A DNA stretch of 63,589 nucleotides, filler included, from Nemertoderma westbladi (lineage: Eukaryota; Animalia; Xenacoelomorpha): NCBI GenBank assembly GCA_032718475.1. It is 3 parts of 3 records of this genome, joined end to end, with 100 filler letters (N's around TTAATTAATTAA, not from the genome) between each part and the next. Parts side by side here need not be neighbours in the genome. Positions count along the whole stretch, not along the records: positions 26,833 to 56,172 come from JAUCBJ010006387.1; 2 more parts are not named here. One strand, given 5' to 3'. Every line of letters starts with the position of its first letter. Position 1 is the first letter of the stretch. Shown piece after piece: positions 36,739 to 48,369 of this stretch. Below the pieces are notes generated by a model that saw only the letters and a list, made by a program, of their open reading frames with translations, was not told the origin of the DNA and made no database searches. The position numbers and the translations under genes were made by a program.

Positions 36739-39338
36739 CTGCCGCCGTCTCTGTCTCTGTCTGCCCTATCTCAAAATTTTGAAATTTTTTTTATTGTACA
36801 GACCGGCCTAATTTTTAAGGCGCTCTTTCAAATGAAACCAAGAAATACCATGGTTTATATGCAAGAAAGTCATTTTTTGCGAGTTTAAAACATCCTATGC
36901 TTGATCCTCAGCCCTGTCATTTAAAGGCAAAACACCCTACATCTAAAATCTGGTACATAGGGTATTTTGCCTTAGTAACACTTTTATTCAGTTCACCTTA
37001 CTTCAGTCGATTAGGAATATACAAAGGCAATGGAACTGGAAGATACGTTTTATTTTACGGCTTCAACTTGGATGAGGATATCGGAGGTGGTGTTTTAGCT
37101 CAGGTGACGGTGGACTGTGGGGAGGATTTGTGGCTGTGCGGAGGATATGTGGCTGTGTGGGGATGATATGTGGCTGTGGGAAGAAATGTGTCTGTGTGTG
37201 GAGGATATGTGGCTGTGTGGGGAGGATTTGTGGCTGTGTGGGGAGAATATGTGGCTGTGTGGGGAGGATAGGTGGCTGTGGGGGGAAGATTGCGGCTGTG
37301 TGGGGAGGATATGTGGCTGTGTGGGTAGGATATGTGGCTGTGTGGGGAAGATATGTGGCTGTGTGTGGAGGATATGTGACTGTGGGGAAGATATGTGGCT
37401 GTGTGGGGATGATATGTGGCTGTGTGGGAAGGATATGTGGCTGTGTGGGGAGGATAGGTGGCTGTGTGGTGAGGATACGTGGCTGTGTGGGGAAGATATG
37501 TGGCTGTGTGTGGAGGATATGTGACTGTGGGGAGGATATGTGACTGTGGTGAAGATATGTCGCTGTGTGGGAAGGATGTGTGGCTGTGTGGGGAGGATAT
37601 GTGGCTGTGGGAAGGATATGTGGCTGTGTGGGATGGATAAGTGGCTGTGTGGGATGGATAAGTGGCTGTGGGGGGAAGATTGCGGCTGTGTGGGGAGGAT
37701 ATGTGGCTGTGGGGAAGATAAGTGGCTGTGTGGGGAGGATATGTGACTGTGGGGAAGATATGTGGCTGTGTAAGGTGGATATGTGGCTGTGGGGAAGATA
37801 TGTGGCTGTGTGAGGTGGATATGTGGCTGTGTGGGGAGGATATGTGATTGTGGAGAAGATATGTGGCTGTGTGGGGAGGATATGTGGCTGTGGGGAAGAT
37901 AAGTGGCTGTGTGGGGAGGATATGTGACTGTGGGGAAGATATGTGGCTGTGTAAGGTGGATATGTGGCTGTGGGGAAGATATGTGGCTGTGTGAGGTGGA
38001 TATGTGGCTGTGTGGGGAGGATATGTGATTGTGGAGAAGATATGTGGCTGTGTGGGGAGGATATGTGACTGTGGGGAAGATATGTGGCTGTGTAAGGTGG
38101 ATATGTGGCTGTGGGGAAGATATGTGGCTGTGTGAGGTGGATATGTGGCTGTGTGGGGAGGATATGTGATTGTGGAGAAGATATGTGGCTGTGTGGGGAG
38201 GATATGTGGCTGTGTGGAGAAGATATGTGGCTGTGTGGGGAGGATATGTGGCTGTGTGGGGAGGATATGTGGGTGTGTGGGGAGGATATGTGGCTGTGGG
38301 GAAGATAAGTGGCTGTGTGGGGGGGATATGTGGCTGTGGGGAGAATATGTAGCTGTGTGGGGAGGATATGTGGCTGTGTGGGGAGGATATATGGCTGTAT
38401 GGGGAAGATATGTGGCTGTGTGTGAAGGATATGTGACTGTGGGGAAGATATGTGGCTGTGTGGGGAGGATATGTGGCTGTGGGAGGATATGTGGCTGTGA
38501 GAAGGATATGTGGCTGTGTGGAGTCAACTTATTGAAGCGCAATGCCACTATGGGCGTCCCACGTCCACTGGCTCAACCCAAAGGAGTTCCCATAGACAGA
38601 GTCAATGAATTGATTCAACGACTTTGGCAAATAATTCCAAGAAATATAATTGGTTTTTGGAATTCGTTAGTTAAAGTGTGATGGTGAACTGAACATGCAA
38701 ATAATGAAGGACTGTACTAGAAGGCAAAGTAGACTGAGTTTGATTTTGGCGGACTAGGTTTTGGTAAACTGGTCACATGGTTATACAGTAGCTAGAATAA
38801 CTCTAAAAATTTTACGGGCAAATATGTAACTATAATCGATTGCCCAGAGTTTAGTTGAGTACTTTATATTCATGGAATGGTAACCATGATGACGTTACCA
38901 GGCAACCAATCACAGAAACTATCAGCTGTTAATCTCTTGTTTTTGAATTATAATTTGCATTATTTACCAAAACCCAACCCTTAACTACAAAATTCCAAGT
39001 ATAATTTCCACCCTGCAGTATTATTATTTGAAGGTATTAAACTATTAGACACGAACTCTTGATAGACAAAACACCCTATATCAGCTTTCAGTTCCATTTG
39101 TCGCCAACATTTTCGAGGCAAAACACCCTATAAAATCTTTTCAGCATCTTTTAAGCTCCCAAATCACAAAAGTTGTGTATCTCGCATTTGAAATTCTAAG
39201 TTAGTATATTTGGGTGACTTGCAGTTCAAATTCTGGTATCCAGGCAGCTGTATAACAAACTTATAGAAGAAAACGCGTTTCGTTAAATTAATCAAAACAC
39301 GATTTTTGGAGAAAGGGTATTTTGCCTTAAGACGGCAG
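36739..39338 (+). mobile_element. Sola-like DNA transposon relic with a residual transposase-like C-terminus
   Basis: Ends ctgccg / cggcag flanked by 4-bp TATA on both sides. Repeated aggcaaaacaccct motif. Peptide PKGVPIDRVNELIQRLWQIIPRNIIGFWNSL at ~38578-38670. Confidence 0.6.
37110..38521. repeat. G-rich 19/21-bp minisatellite (GTGGCTGTGTGGGGAGGATAT)n
   Basis: Direct tandem array of roughly 65-70 units; it explains the repetitive ORFs here. Confidence 0.97.
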
Positions 39339-40424
39339 TATAATTTTCCGATTTTCAGATAAAATTAGGATGAAACTTTAAATATCTCTTCGTGGTCCTA
39401 TGAATTCTGAACCGGTTATGGTAATACGCAATTATTTTTTTCGGAACTCAGTAACGAAACGTAATTTGGAAATTATTCCGTAATGTAATATCGTAACGCA
39501 AAAAGTTCAGTTTTTCAACCGTAACGTAACGTAAAACATCCTTGTTAATCTGTGGGTTTTCCTGGGCGGTGATTAAATAAAATGTAACTTTTCTGATTTG
39601 ACGAAATCTAAACTGTCTGACTGTCTGTCTCTTTGTCTGTCTGGGTGTTTGACTGTAAAAAATGGAGAAATCAATAAAATTAAAAAAGGGTCAATTTATG
39701 GGTTTTATATATTATTGTATATTTATTTAAATTTCAGGTATATATATTTTTTTAATAATCGAAAAATCGGCAATTGGAACCCAATAGATTATTTAATAAT
39801 GAGATTAATTTATATAAGTGCTGACTGCTGCAGCTGACCAGCGGGGCCTGGAGAATGGAATTAAAAAATATTCCTCACAAAGGGGGGGGGGGGGGGGGGG
39901 CATGGAAAGGCCCTCCCCAGGCTACGCCACTGCTATCCATGATACATTGATACGTAACAAATCCATCCAAAGCATAATATTGATTAGTAAACTGTTCTTC
40001 TTTTTACCTACGTAGTTGGCGGTATTTATTTCACCTTCGCCCTCCAACATTAGGATGGCTCTCTACTCTAATATATCTTCAACTAATGTACTAATTTGGT
40101 TAGGTGATAGCTAAATAGTGGATGGCTAAATAGTAAATAGGAGCCAATTCGGAAAAAAATGAAAAAATACATTTTTTTTCTTGATGGATTTCCAAACTGC
40201 ATACAATTGTATTCATCATATGTGTGGAATACAATAATTGGGGTGTAATACTTATATACTTAAATATATATACAATTGAAATTACTCAACTATTAAAAAA
40301 GTTAAGATCGTTGTTTCATTTATTGTCGAAATATTTAAACCGTATAAAATAAGTTACAATACATATCTGCCAATACTAACCATATAGGCCTTTTGAAGAA
40401 TACAATTATATATCCCAATGAAAT

Positions 40425-40680
40425 GGCCAGGATTCACACTTGAACAGAGCCGCCCCCGTTTCGCAGGACATTGCTTTCACCGGGAGGACCAACCTGTGGA
40501 CAATCTAGTTCTTTGGCGGCTTCATGGAGAGAAAAATAATGTTGGACATTCCAAGACTTTCTTGAGACGCCTCTTAAAGGACAGTAGACTGGAGTATGTG
40601 GATAATCTCGCGAAATACATTGGGGGGTGGGGAGTTGTGTATAAGCCGTCATAGCAATCGAAACGCAGATGCAATGAGGC
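40425..40680 (+). mobile_element. 3' fragment of RTE LINE family B
   Basis: TLEQSRPRFAGHCFHREDQPV matches the end of the 54545-55835 element and 11020-11310. Confidence 0.85.
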
Positions 40681-40955
40681 ATGCCGATTTTATATATATA
40701 AATAGATGCGTTCCCCTTCCTACTTATGCAAAGGTCCTGATTTCCGGATATGCAACTTAATCTGCCTGTTCAATAGAAGTGGAGTAGATGAGAAAGCAAG
40801 CTGAACTGGTTAGCGCTACTGAAGAGGCCTGATTCGCTGGTTCAACCCCCGGTGATGTACTTCCTCATTTTTTCCATTTATGAACCAAATCATAATACTA
40901 GAATCATATAGCAATAATTGCTATTGTGTCTACCTGTAACCTGGTAGATACTCAC

Positions 40956-41164
40956 GTTTTGTTTGTTCCACAGCGACGAACTGTCTCTATACCGTGTTCC
41001 GAGGTGACATGGGTGAGGTCTCGGTATAACTGGTCGGCGAATTCTGTAGGAACCCCTTCCCATATAACGATACCGATAATGATGGCAGCGGTGACGCAGT
41101 GATGCCCCTCCCGATGCCTCGCCAGGATCAGTAACTGCTCTTCCAGATTCCGACGACGAATTAT
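40956..41164 (-). CDS. TET: TET dioxygenase exon, Cys-rich domain (209 bp, phase 0-2)
   Basis: gtAG|IIRRRNLEEQLLILARHREGHHCVTAAIIIGIVIWEGVPTEFADQLYRDLTHVTSEHGIETVRRCGTNK|GTGAGT matches TET2 [23 protein letters not shown]...WEGIP..ADKLY..RRCALN. Confidence 0.96.
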
Positions 41165-41866
41165 CTACATTTGGATAATAAATACAAACCATAGATTATA
41201 AAGTAATACGGAACGAAATACGGTTTGTAATTAACCGATTAATTAACTAGAATGTTATAATTTTTAATAAAATTAACCAATTATTACAGTACCGGCTGAG
41301 CGGTGTTACAAGTTTAGTGTTATTAATTTATTATTATTAATCTGTAAATCTAATCTGTAGGTCTTACCGCGCTCAATACAGAAGGGAACTGCTGTATTAG
41401 ACTTGCATACCGTTCGGGCAATCTGCCGAGTTTGCAATTGTGAACAGCATTTTATCAATGTTCATAATCATGAATTTAATTAATTCTCCGCTTCCAATTA
41501 ATATAAGCCGCGTGATTGCGATTAAATATGAATATGAATGGATCGAAAATAGCTGTCCATAGAAACCGAGACAAAAATTATCAGATTACTTTGTAATGAC
41601 GTCAAATTTGTAGCAGCCAATCGCAGATGATTTTCGAACTGGCTTCCCGCGCTTACTTAAACCCGCCATTTTGACTGTTTCCACATGTTTTTATTTTTAC
41701 AAAAACACACCACGCCATTCGATTCATGGCACCTTGTTACCACATATTCTTAACTGTTTCTTTTTTCGCGCCCTAACCATTTTTGTTAACAACAGAACCG
41801 GATTTAAGTTAAACAGAATGTTTATAAGTTGAAATATTGCAACAAAATAAATCGTTACAAACTAAC

Positions 41867-42054
41867 CCATTTAGAAATTGGACATCCTTGTTTCGTTGTT
41901 CCCTCTTTCCCGGTGTACTTGAGGACTTCCAATCGTATACTAGACCCACGCAGACCGGACCTCTGCTCCATCAGCTTGCGGAGTTCTGGGACACTAGCAG
42001 CAGCCCCCAGATGGGTGTAATACGGCCCTTCTAGATCCTCATTAGGCCCAAATT
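41867..42054 (-). CDS. TET: TET dioxygenase exon (188 bp, phase 1-0)
   Basis: ttctAG|(E)[62 protein letters not shown]|GTTAGT matches TET GPFYTHLGAG...YTGKEGKSSQGCPIAKW. Confidence 0.97.
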
Positions 42055-42693
42055 CTAGAATAAATTCAACCGCGGTAGATTATTATACTGTACGCAATGG
42101 TCGCTTAGTTAATGTAGCACAACATGATTCACACTCGTGACTTTTTTTATTTATTTAAATATTCGAATATTTTTTTATCATGACAAAGTTTTTTTATAGA
42201 ATCCTTTTAAAATAAAACTATCAAACCGTACCACCGTAGACAATGGAATATGGTTTAAAGTTTACCAAAATCCGCTTCACTTTCCACATCCAAACAAACA
42301 ACCCCAAGAGACTATCGGTATACTGATACCAATCCGGGTCCACAACCAGGAAAATAAGTATAATTTTGCCGCGAGAAAATTTGCACTGAAATAAAATGAT
42401 GACGCGGGTAGCAAGGTAACGAAACGAGCAGTATATACGAAGGTAGTCTGCAGGGCCAGAGGGCCACCTACTATTGAGCACGTCACGGAGTCTAGGAAAA
42501 TATATTGGCAGACACTGTAAACAGCTGATCATCAGTGAGTGACCAAAAAAGGTAGGACTGGCTGTTACCGGTAGGTCGTAGACCGGTATCGGTATCAGTT
42601 ATATGCGGTTGCTGTAGCCGGTGTCGGTATGCTAACTATTATGACGACGATAAACCATCTCGCAGACGCCAAATAATATGGCAGCTTTCTATG

Positions 42694-42978
42694 AAAAAAG
42701 TAAAGTAAAAGTAAACTTTCTTCGGCCACTAGGCCAGGGATTACGCACAAAGTCTGACGACTTATTTCCAGTGCGGCCCCCCCCAGAACTTTACTCCCCA
42801 GAGGAAACTCCAGTACTCAATTAGCTACGAATGCTATTTATTTAAGGATGCAAGGCAGAGATGCGCCCTGGCTGGTCCCTTTGAAGCATTCGTGCCGAAA
42901 CGAAAACTCCCCTGGCCCATGTGAGGATCGAACCCACGACCTGCGGGAGATGTGAATTCAATGCAACCACTACACCAA
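42694..42978 (-). mobile_element. tRNA-derived SINE
   Basis: Minus-strand A box TGGTGTAGTGG, B box GGTTCGATCC and a (TTTAC)n tail. A diverged second copy lies at ~60835-61100. Confidence 0.8.
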
Positions 42979-44018
42979 GGTGGAACCTTAATACACCTTG
43001 ATACCTTATTACATGGGCCTTATGATATCAAAATTTCAAACCTAATATGATAATATGAATGATAGCCACGATACGAGAGACAAGGGGGGAACTGGACGCA
43101 AACCCCATCTCGGCGAATTAATGTCCCGCCTCAATGTTAAATTATCACCTTAAGGAAAGGAGCAGATTACAGTGCACGTTATTCTAACCAAAACAATAAA
43201 CGAAATCAATAGGTTTTTGGGAGTAAGCAGCTGTTATTTGCAGATTGTTTCCTTTGTTAAGATAGTAATTCGTTTATAGTTTTGGTTTGATTCAGCCCCT
43301 CTAAGACCAGGGTTTTTAGTGAATTCATCACAGGGGGTTAAACTTCAAAGTGAAATCTAACAGCAGAAATCTGGTATACTTTACATGGGCCTGGCAGATT
43401 TTATTAATCTAGCTGGTTACAATTACAAGAGTGGCGGCCTTACACCTAATTAAAACTGTCACGTAATCCTAAACCTAAGTCATAATCGAAATATTTAGCG
43501 GAATTTTCTAAGATTATGACGTAATGTTTAGGTTACATGACAGTTTTAATTAAGATTGTGATATACAAATATAGTAAATACCAATAAAAACAAAACGCCA
43601 TTGACACCAAAAATTTTTTTTTTATCAAATGTTCCCATCCACACAGAGTATTTGTACCAAGTATCAAAGAAAATTCACCGAAAGCAGCAAGTCAAAGTTT
43701 TCAAACTTTTCGCCATCCGAAAAATGTCAATTTTGCCCAATATCGTGACTTGGAGATATTTTTGACAAAATCTGACATTAGATTTTCGCAATCAGGGCAT
43801 CAAAATGTAACTTGTAAAATGTAACTTTTATGATCTTAGACAACATACAAACTGAAATAGAAACCAAAAAGTATACAAAGTCACACCGCGACGCACGTTA
43901 ATTAATCGCAACAGCGATAAAAGTACCTACTTTAAAGTGCTGTAACATTTGATCCCCTGCACGGATTGAGAAAAAATGTAAATTATTTCTTTGTTACTTT
44001 TTTTCTGTGTATATTTGA

Positions 44019-45662
44019 GGGTGCTGGTCACCTCGCCGCACTGCCACTTCGCCACAAGTCATCTCGCCGCAGATAATGTGCGGCGAGGTGTTTTTGCGGC
44101 GAGGTGTCTCACTGTGAATGCCATTTAGCCGCAAATTATCGGACACCTCGCCGCAAGTCAATATTAAGTATTTATTTCTATATTTACAGGGAAGCCTATA
44201 CTAGGCCTAGTTATGGCATTGGACATTATTATAAGAATAAATAAAATAATGCGGTAAGGTTTGTTGCGTACTATTATAATTACTGTATTATTATAGATAT
44301 ACAGTGATAGTATTTGAGTTACGTATTAGATTATAGTAAAACAGTCATAATCGTATGTTTGTCAAAAATGTTGATCAGTTGTTTAAAACAAGTGTGACGT
44401 TATGAACGTTAAAAAATTTAAAATTGTAATGTATTCCTGCAGTATATTTCATTAGTTCAAATTTGGAATAAAACATTTCAGCGAAATTTATCTATCTAAT
44501 AACTATTTACGTACATGTACAATGCGTAATTTTAGTAATGCGGTAACTAAAAACGGAAACTGAACTGTAATAACTGAACTGAATAACTGACATTCCTTAG
44601 TTGATTATTATCAATGGTTGTCAAGTTTCCATCAACATAAAGGTCATGAATTCGGTCTTGGTAGCATTTATATGCAATCCAACCTCCTTAGCAGCCCTCT
44701 CCACTTTATTTAGTAGAAGCTGTGCATCTGCTAGCGTATTAGAGAGCAGGGCGATGTCATCCGCGAAGTCGGTGTCTGTGACTGTAGTTGCTGGATGGAT
44801 ATCTACTGTACTACGTTCTGCGTTCTTGAAGTGTGAATCCCAGGTCTTCACCCTTTGTATGTAGCCGTCCTCATTGCGTAATCCAGTACAATTACAAATA
44901 GTAATGGTGCTAATGTGTCACCTTGCAGTACGCCAGCCAGGATTAAGAAAAACTCAGTTTCACCATCTGGTGAGAGTACCTGCGCTTCTGTGTCACAATA
45001 TAACAATTCAATGCCAGCAACAATTACTTCTGGTATTCCATAAGCTCTTATACAGTACTAACTGTTGTGTTGTTAACAGTATTAACTCTGATACAGTATT
45101 AACCTTATCACATTGTTACTTTACTTCAGTTTCCGTTCTTAGTTACCGCATTACTAAAATTACGCATTGTACATGTACGTAAATAGTTATTAGATAGATA
45201 CATTTCGTAATGAAATGTTTTATTCCAAATTTGAACTAGTGAAATATACTGCAGGCATACATTACAATTTTAAATATAAATTTTTTAACGTTCATAACGT
45301 CACACTTGTTTTAAACAACTGATCAACATTTTTGACAAACATACGATTATGACTGTTTTACTATAATCTAATACGTAACTCAAATACTCTCACTGTATAT
45401 CTATAATAATACAGTAATTATAATAGAACGCAACAAACCTTACCGCATTATTTTATTTATTCTTATAATAATGTCCAATGCCATATCTAGGCCTAGTATA
45501 GGCTTCCCTGTAAATATAGAAATAAATACTTAATATTGACTTGCGGCGAGGTGTCCGATAATTTGCGGCGAAATGGCATTCACAGTGAGACACCTCGCCG
45601 CACATTATCTGCGGCGAGATGACTTGCGGCGAAGTGGCAGTGTGGCGAGGTGACCAGCACCC
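44019..45662. mobile_element. Mutator/foldback element with ~550-bp TIRs, inside a TET intron
   Basis: Ends gggtgctggtcacctcgcc / ggcgaggtgaccagcaccc. Arms 44019-~44575 and ~45125-45662 are near-perfect reverse complements. 9-bp TSD TATATTTGA at 44010-44018 and 45663-45671. Confidence 0.95.
44593..45049 (-). mobile_element. Internal RT fragment of RTE family A between the MULE arms
   Basis: Matches 58299-58743 (DFADDIALLS..GLHINATKTE); lacks both the 5' end and the (TAG)n tail. Confidence 0.92.
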
Positions 45663-45983
45663 TATATTTGATCTGAGAAATTTTCAGCGAATTCTGAGAG
45701 GGTGGGTTACAAGCAAGGCGTACACGGCTTGGTTACAAGTCAAAAATCTTCGATGATTTGACACGGAATTACCCAAATGTGAGCCAAATTATTACATTAT
45801 TACTGTGGACCATTTTCAGACAAATATAAGGAATTTTTCAAATTAAGCTGATAATATTCACCCAAAACTTGAGAATGATTGAAAAAATAAAAAACTGCCA
45901 GGTCTGCTAATGGATATTTCATTTAGCGAAAATGTTGGTTTTCACAAATATCCCGCAGTCCCATTTTAAGATAAAATTCTCAC

Positions 45984-46188
45984 CAGTGCAGTCGCAGCTT
46001 GGGATAGGGGTCACCCGATTCAACGCTAACTCTTGCTGAGTTTTAGTCGATACAAGGTCTTCTTGGGTATTCCAACTGCTTCCAGAATCTTCCACCACCC
46101 CGTACAGTTTCTTATCAAGCCATTCCGAACGTACATGATGTTGGGCTCCATCAAACCTCGCTCCATCGTACAACTCATGAGTCATCTT
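45984..46188 (-). CDS. TET: TET exon ending at the start of the Cys-rich domain (..PIPSCDCT); may contain the start codon (ATG at 46185)
   Basis: MTHELYDG...RVTPIPSCDCT-G|GTGAGA. Phase 1 joins 42054 in frame; compare TET (F/L)P(S/T)CxC. The 5' boundary is uncertain. Confidence 0.8.
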
Positions 46189-46461
46189 CTACCATTGAAA
46201 TCCCCGACACTCGTAAATTACATCGCCTCAGAATTACGTCTGTACATGATATGTTTCCAAGAATACATCTGCGAAAAATATACAAATAATATACTTATGA
46301 AAAAACTAGGCCTATCTCAGTATCCTGGTATCTGCCTATTATACAACTGTACAAAAATATAGAATCTACAATCTACTCTACCACTAGCGCACTAGGCCCT
46401 TGATACACAAGCAAATTTTCCGCAATAATACCACTTTGTGAATGAGTTTGGATCATGTTGT

Positions 46462-47376
46462 AGGCTGTGGGGTGACTTGATACATCTTGGAAATTTTAAA
46501 AAAAGAACGAAGTCCCCACCTAACGGGGATATAAAATTATGGCTAAAATTAAAAATAACTAAATTTTTTATGGCAAAATATTTCATATTTAACAAGTTAA
46601 AATGCACTTTAAAAACGAAAAAGACCTTCATTGTATAGTGACATCCTGACACCAGTAAGAGTAAGACAATACATTTTAGAAAAAACTGGAAACTAAAACA
46701 ATGAATTTAAGCACAAATTTTGCAAATTTAAGGTTTAAGTAAAGATAAAATATTTTAGAAAATTTAACATATAACAATATTTAGCAAGTTAAATTGAAGT
46801 TTAAAAACGAAAAAGACTTTCATTGCATTGTGACATCCTGACACCAGTAAATAAGACAAACATTTTAGAAAAAACTGCAAACTAAATCAATGAATTTAAG
46901 CACAACTTTTGCAAAATCAACGTTTAAGTCACAGGTAACAGAACATTTTTGCCTCCAATATACCGTATATCTATATATGTATCAAGTCACGGGCACTCCA
47001 CCCCCAATTCATATGAAAATTTGTAAATTTTTTTTAGGATCATAATATTCAAACTCATCTATTAGCATCTGTAAAAATAATTTTTGAACAACATTAACCC
47101 AAAGTGTCAAAAATTCGACCTATATTTTGACATTGAAAAAAAGTGAATTTTTGAACTGACAATGCATTCTTGGCTCTAGTGATCACAAATGCGAAGCAAT
47201 GACAAAATTTATTTTACTATTTGACAGTTTGATAGACAATTTATTCCGACATCTTCTAATATTTCAATTTTTATCATAACATCACGCAATCACCCACAGC
47301 CACAATCCGTTAAAGAAAAAAAGTATAACTTGCTGTATCAAGTCACCTCAATGTATCAAGTCACCCCGAATTACGG
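46462..47376. mobile_element. Tc1/pogo-type non-autonomous element with an internal ~190-bp duplication
   Basis: ggggtgacttgatacat / atgtatcaagtcacccc. The right end ...aattacgg is followed by TA. Duplicated blocks at ~46590-46740 and ~46783-46930. Confidence 0.65.
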
Positions 47377-47595
47377 TACTAGTAAAGTAGGCCTAGTACC
47401 TGTATATCTGTATATATATAGGCCTACTACCGGTACCGGTCCGGTACTATCTATATACTGGCAGACTGGTTCTGGTATATTATATCTGTATATATACCAA
47501 TAGAGGGAAAGGAGCAGGTTACAGAGGCAGGCTTTTCTAACCAAAACAATAAACGATCACTTTACCAATTTAGGGAAACCATACAGCCATATGCT

Positions 47596-47770
47596 GATGG
47601 TCAAACAGTCAGTTCAGCCAGGTCAGTACTCACATGACAGCATGGTCAGACAGTCAGTCTGTCAGTAGCACTAGCACAGTACTACTGTGCTAGCAGCTAG
47701 TGCTACTGAGTGGAGTGTCTGACCATGCTGCCATGTGGCTACTGACTGACTGAACTGACTGTCTGACCAT
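47596..47770. repeat. Imperfect ~175-bp hairpin (palindromic MITE-like)
   Basis: atggtcaaacagtcagttcag..cagcatggtcagaca..cagtagcactagc pairs with gctagtgctactga..tgtctgaccatgctg..ctgaactgactgtctgaccat. Confidence 0.75.
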
Positions 47771-47978
47771 ATATATATCATCCATCATCGTACAGTCGTA
47801 TATACAGATTACAGATATCATTGGATATAGGGCCTATCGTATATCATCACCATATATATGATATATGTAGGATCAGGATGATGACTGGATGCTGGATGAG
47901 CCAGACTGCCAGAACCAGAGAACAGAATTACAAATATCGTTACCTGGTGCTGGTGCCTGCTTACCGGTTGCCGCCAGC

Positions 47979-48369
47979 CGGTCCTACGAATTACCTAAAA
48001 AAAACACAAAATTACCCAAAAATACACAAAAAAAAACACAAAAAAACACGAAAATTTACCCAAAAAACACAAAAAACACAATATTACCCAAAAAAACTTG
48101 TAATATTGTAATATTTTGAAAAAGTAAAAATTGAAAACTGAAACTCTTCTTACAATTAACCTAAATCTTATTGTAGACTGGTAGATACATTGTTTATGAA
48201 AAACATTTTTTTTTGTCTTTTTGGGTACCGGTACCGGTAGTAGTTTTTTTGGGTAATATTGTGTTTTTTTGTGTATTATTGTGTTTTTTGTGTAATTTTT
48301 TATATTTTTTTGTGTATTTTTGTGTTTTTTTGAGTAATATTGTGTTTTTTTGGGTAATTCGTAGGACCC
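47979..48369. mobile_element. Mutator-like MITE with A-rich and T-rich arms
   Basis: TIR ggtcctacgaattacc / ggtaattcgtaggacc. Flanks gccgccagc / gccgatagc (7/9 match) are consistent with a 9-bp TSD. Confidence 0.75.

Larger units (their letters stand above)
35472..39544. mobile_element. TIR element with (CGTAA)n subterminal repeats (hAT-like), nested
   Basis: aaggatgttattacgttacgttacggt at ~35476 versus accgtaacgtaacgtaaaacatcctt at ~39519-39543. TSD unclear. Confidence 0.6.
33746..39932. mobile_element. hAT-type MITE expanded to ~6.2 kb by nested insertions
   Basis: TIR cagtggcgtagcc / ggctacgccactg. The right flank ctatccat resembles ctatgcat just left of the element. Poly-G arms. Confidence 0.75.

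Noticed and set aside
37100-38548. 482-aa His/Pro/Thr-rich ORF and overlapping Cys/Gly ORFs
   Set aside because: Artefact of a stop-poor 19/21-bp minisatellite.
40798-40855. tRNA gene or hammerhead (A/B-box-like words, CTGAAGA)
   Set aside because: No cloverleaf and no GAAA core; at most a decayed SINE head.
42221-42532. Additional TET exon
   Set aside because: No TET similarity in any frame, and exons 45984 and 42054 already join in frame.
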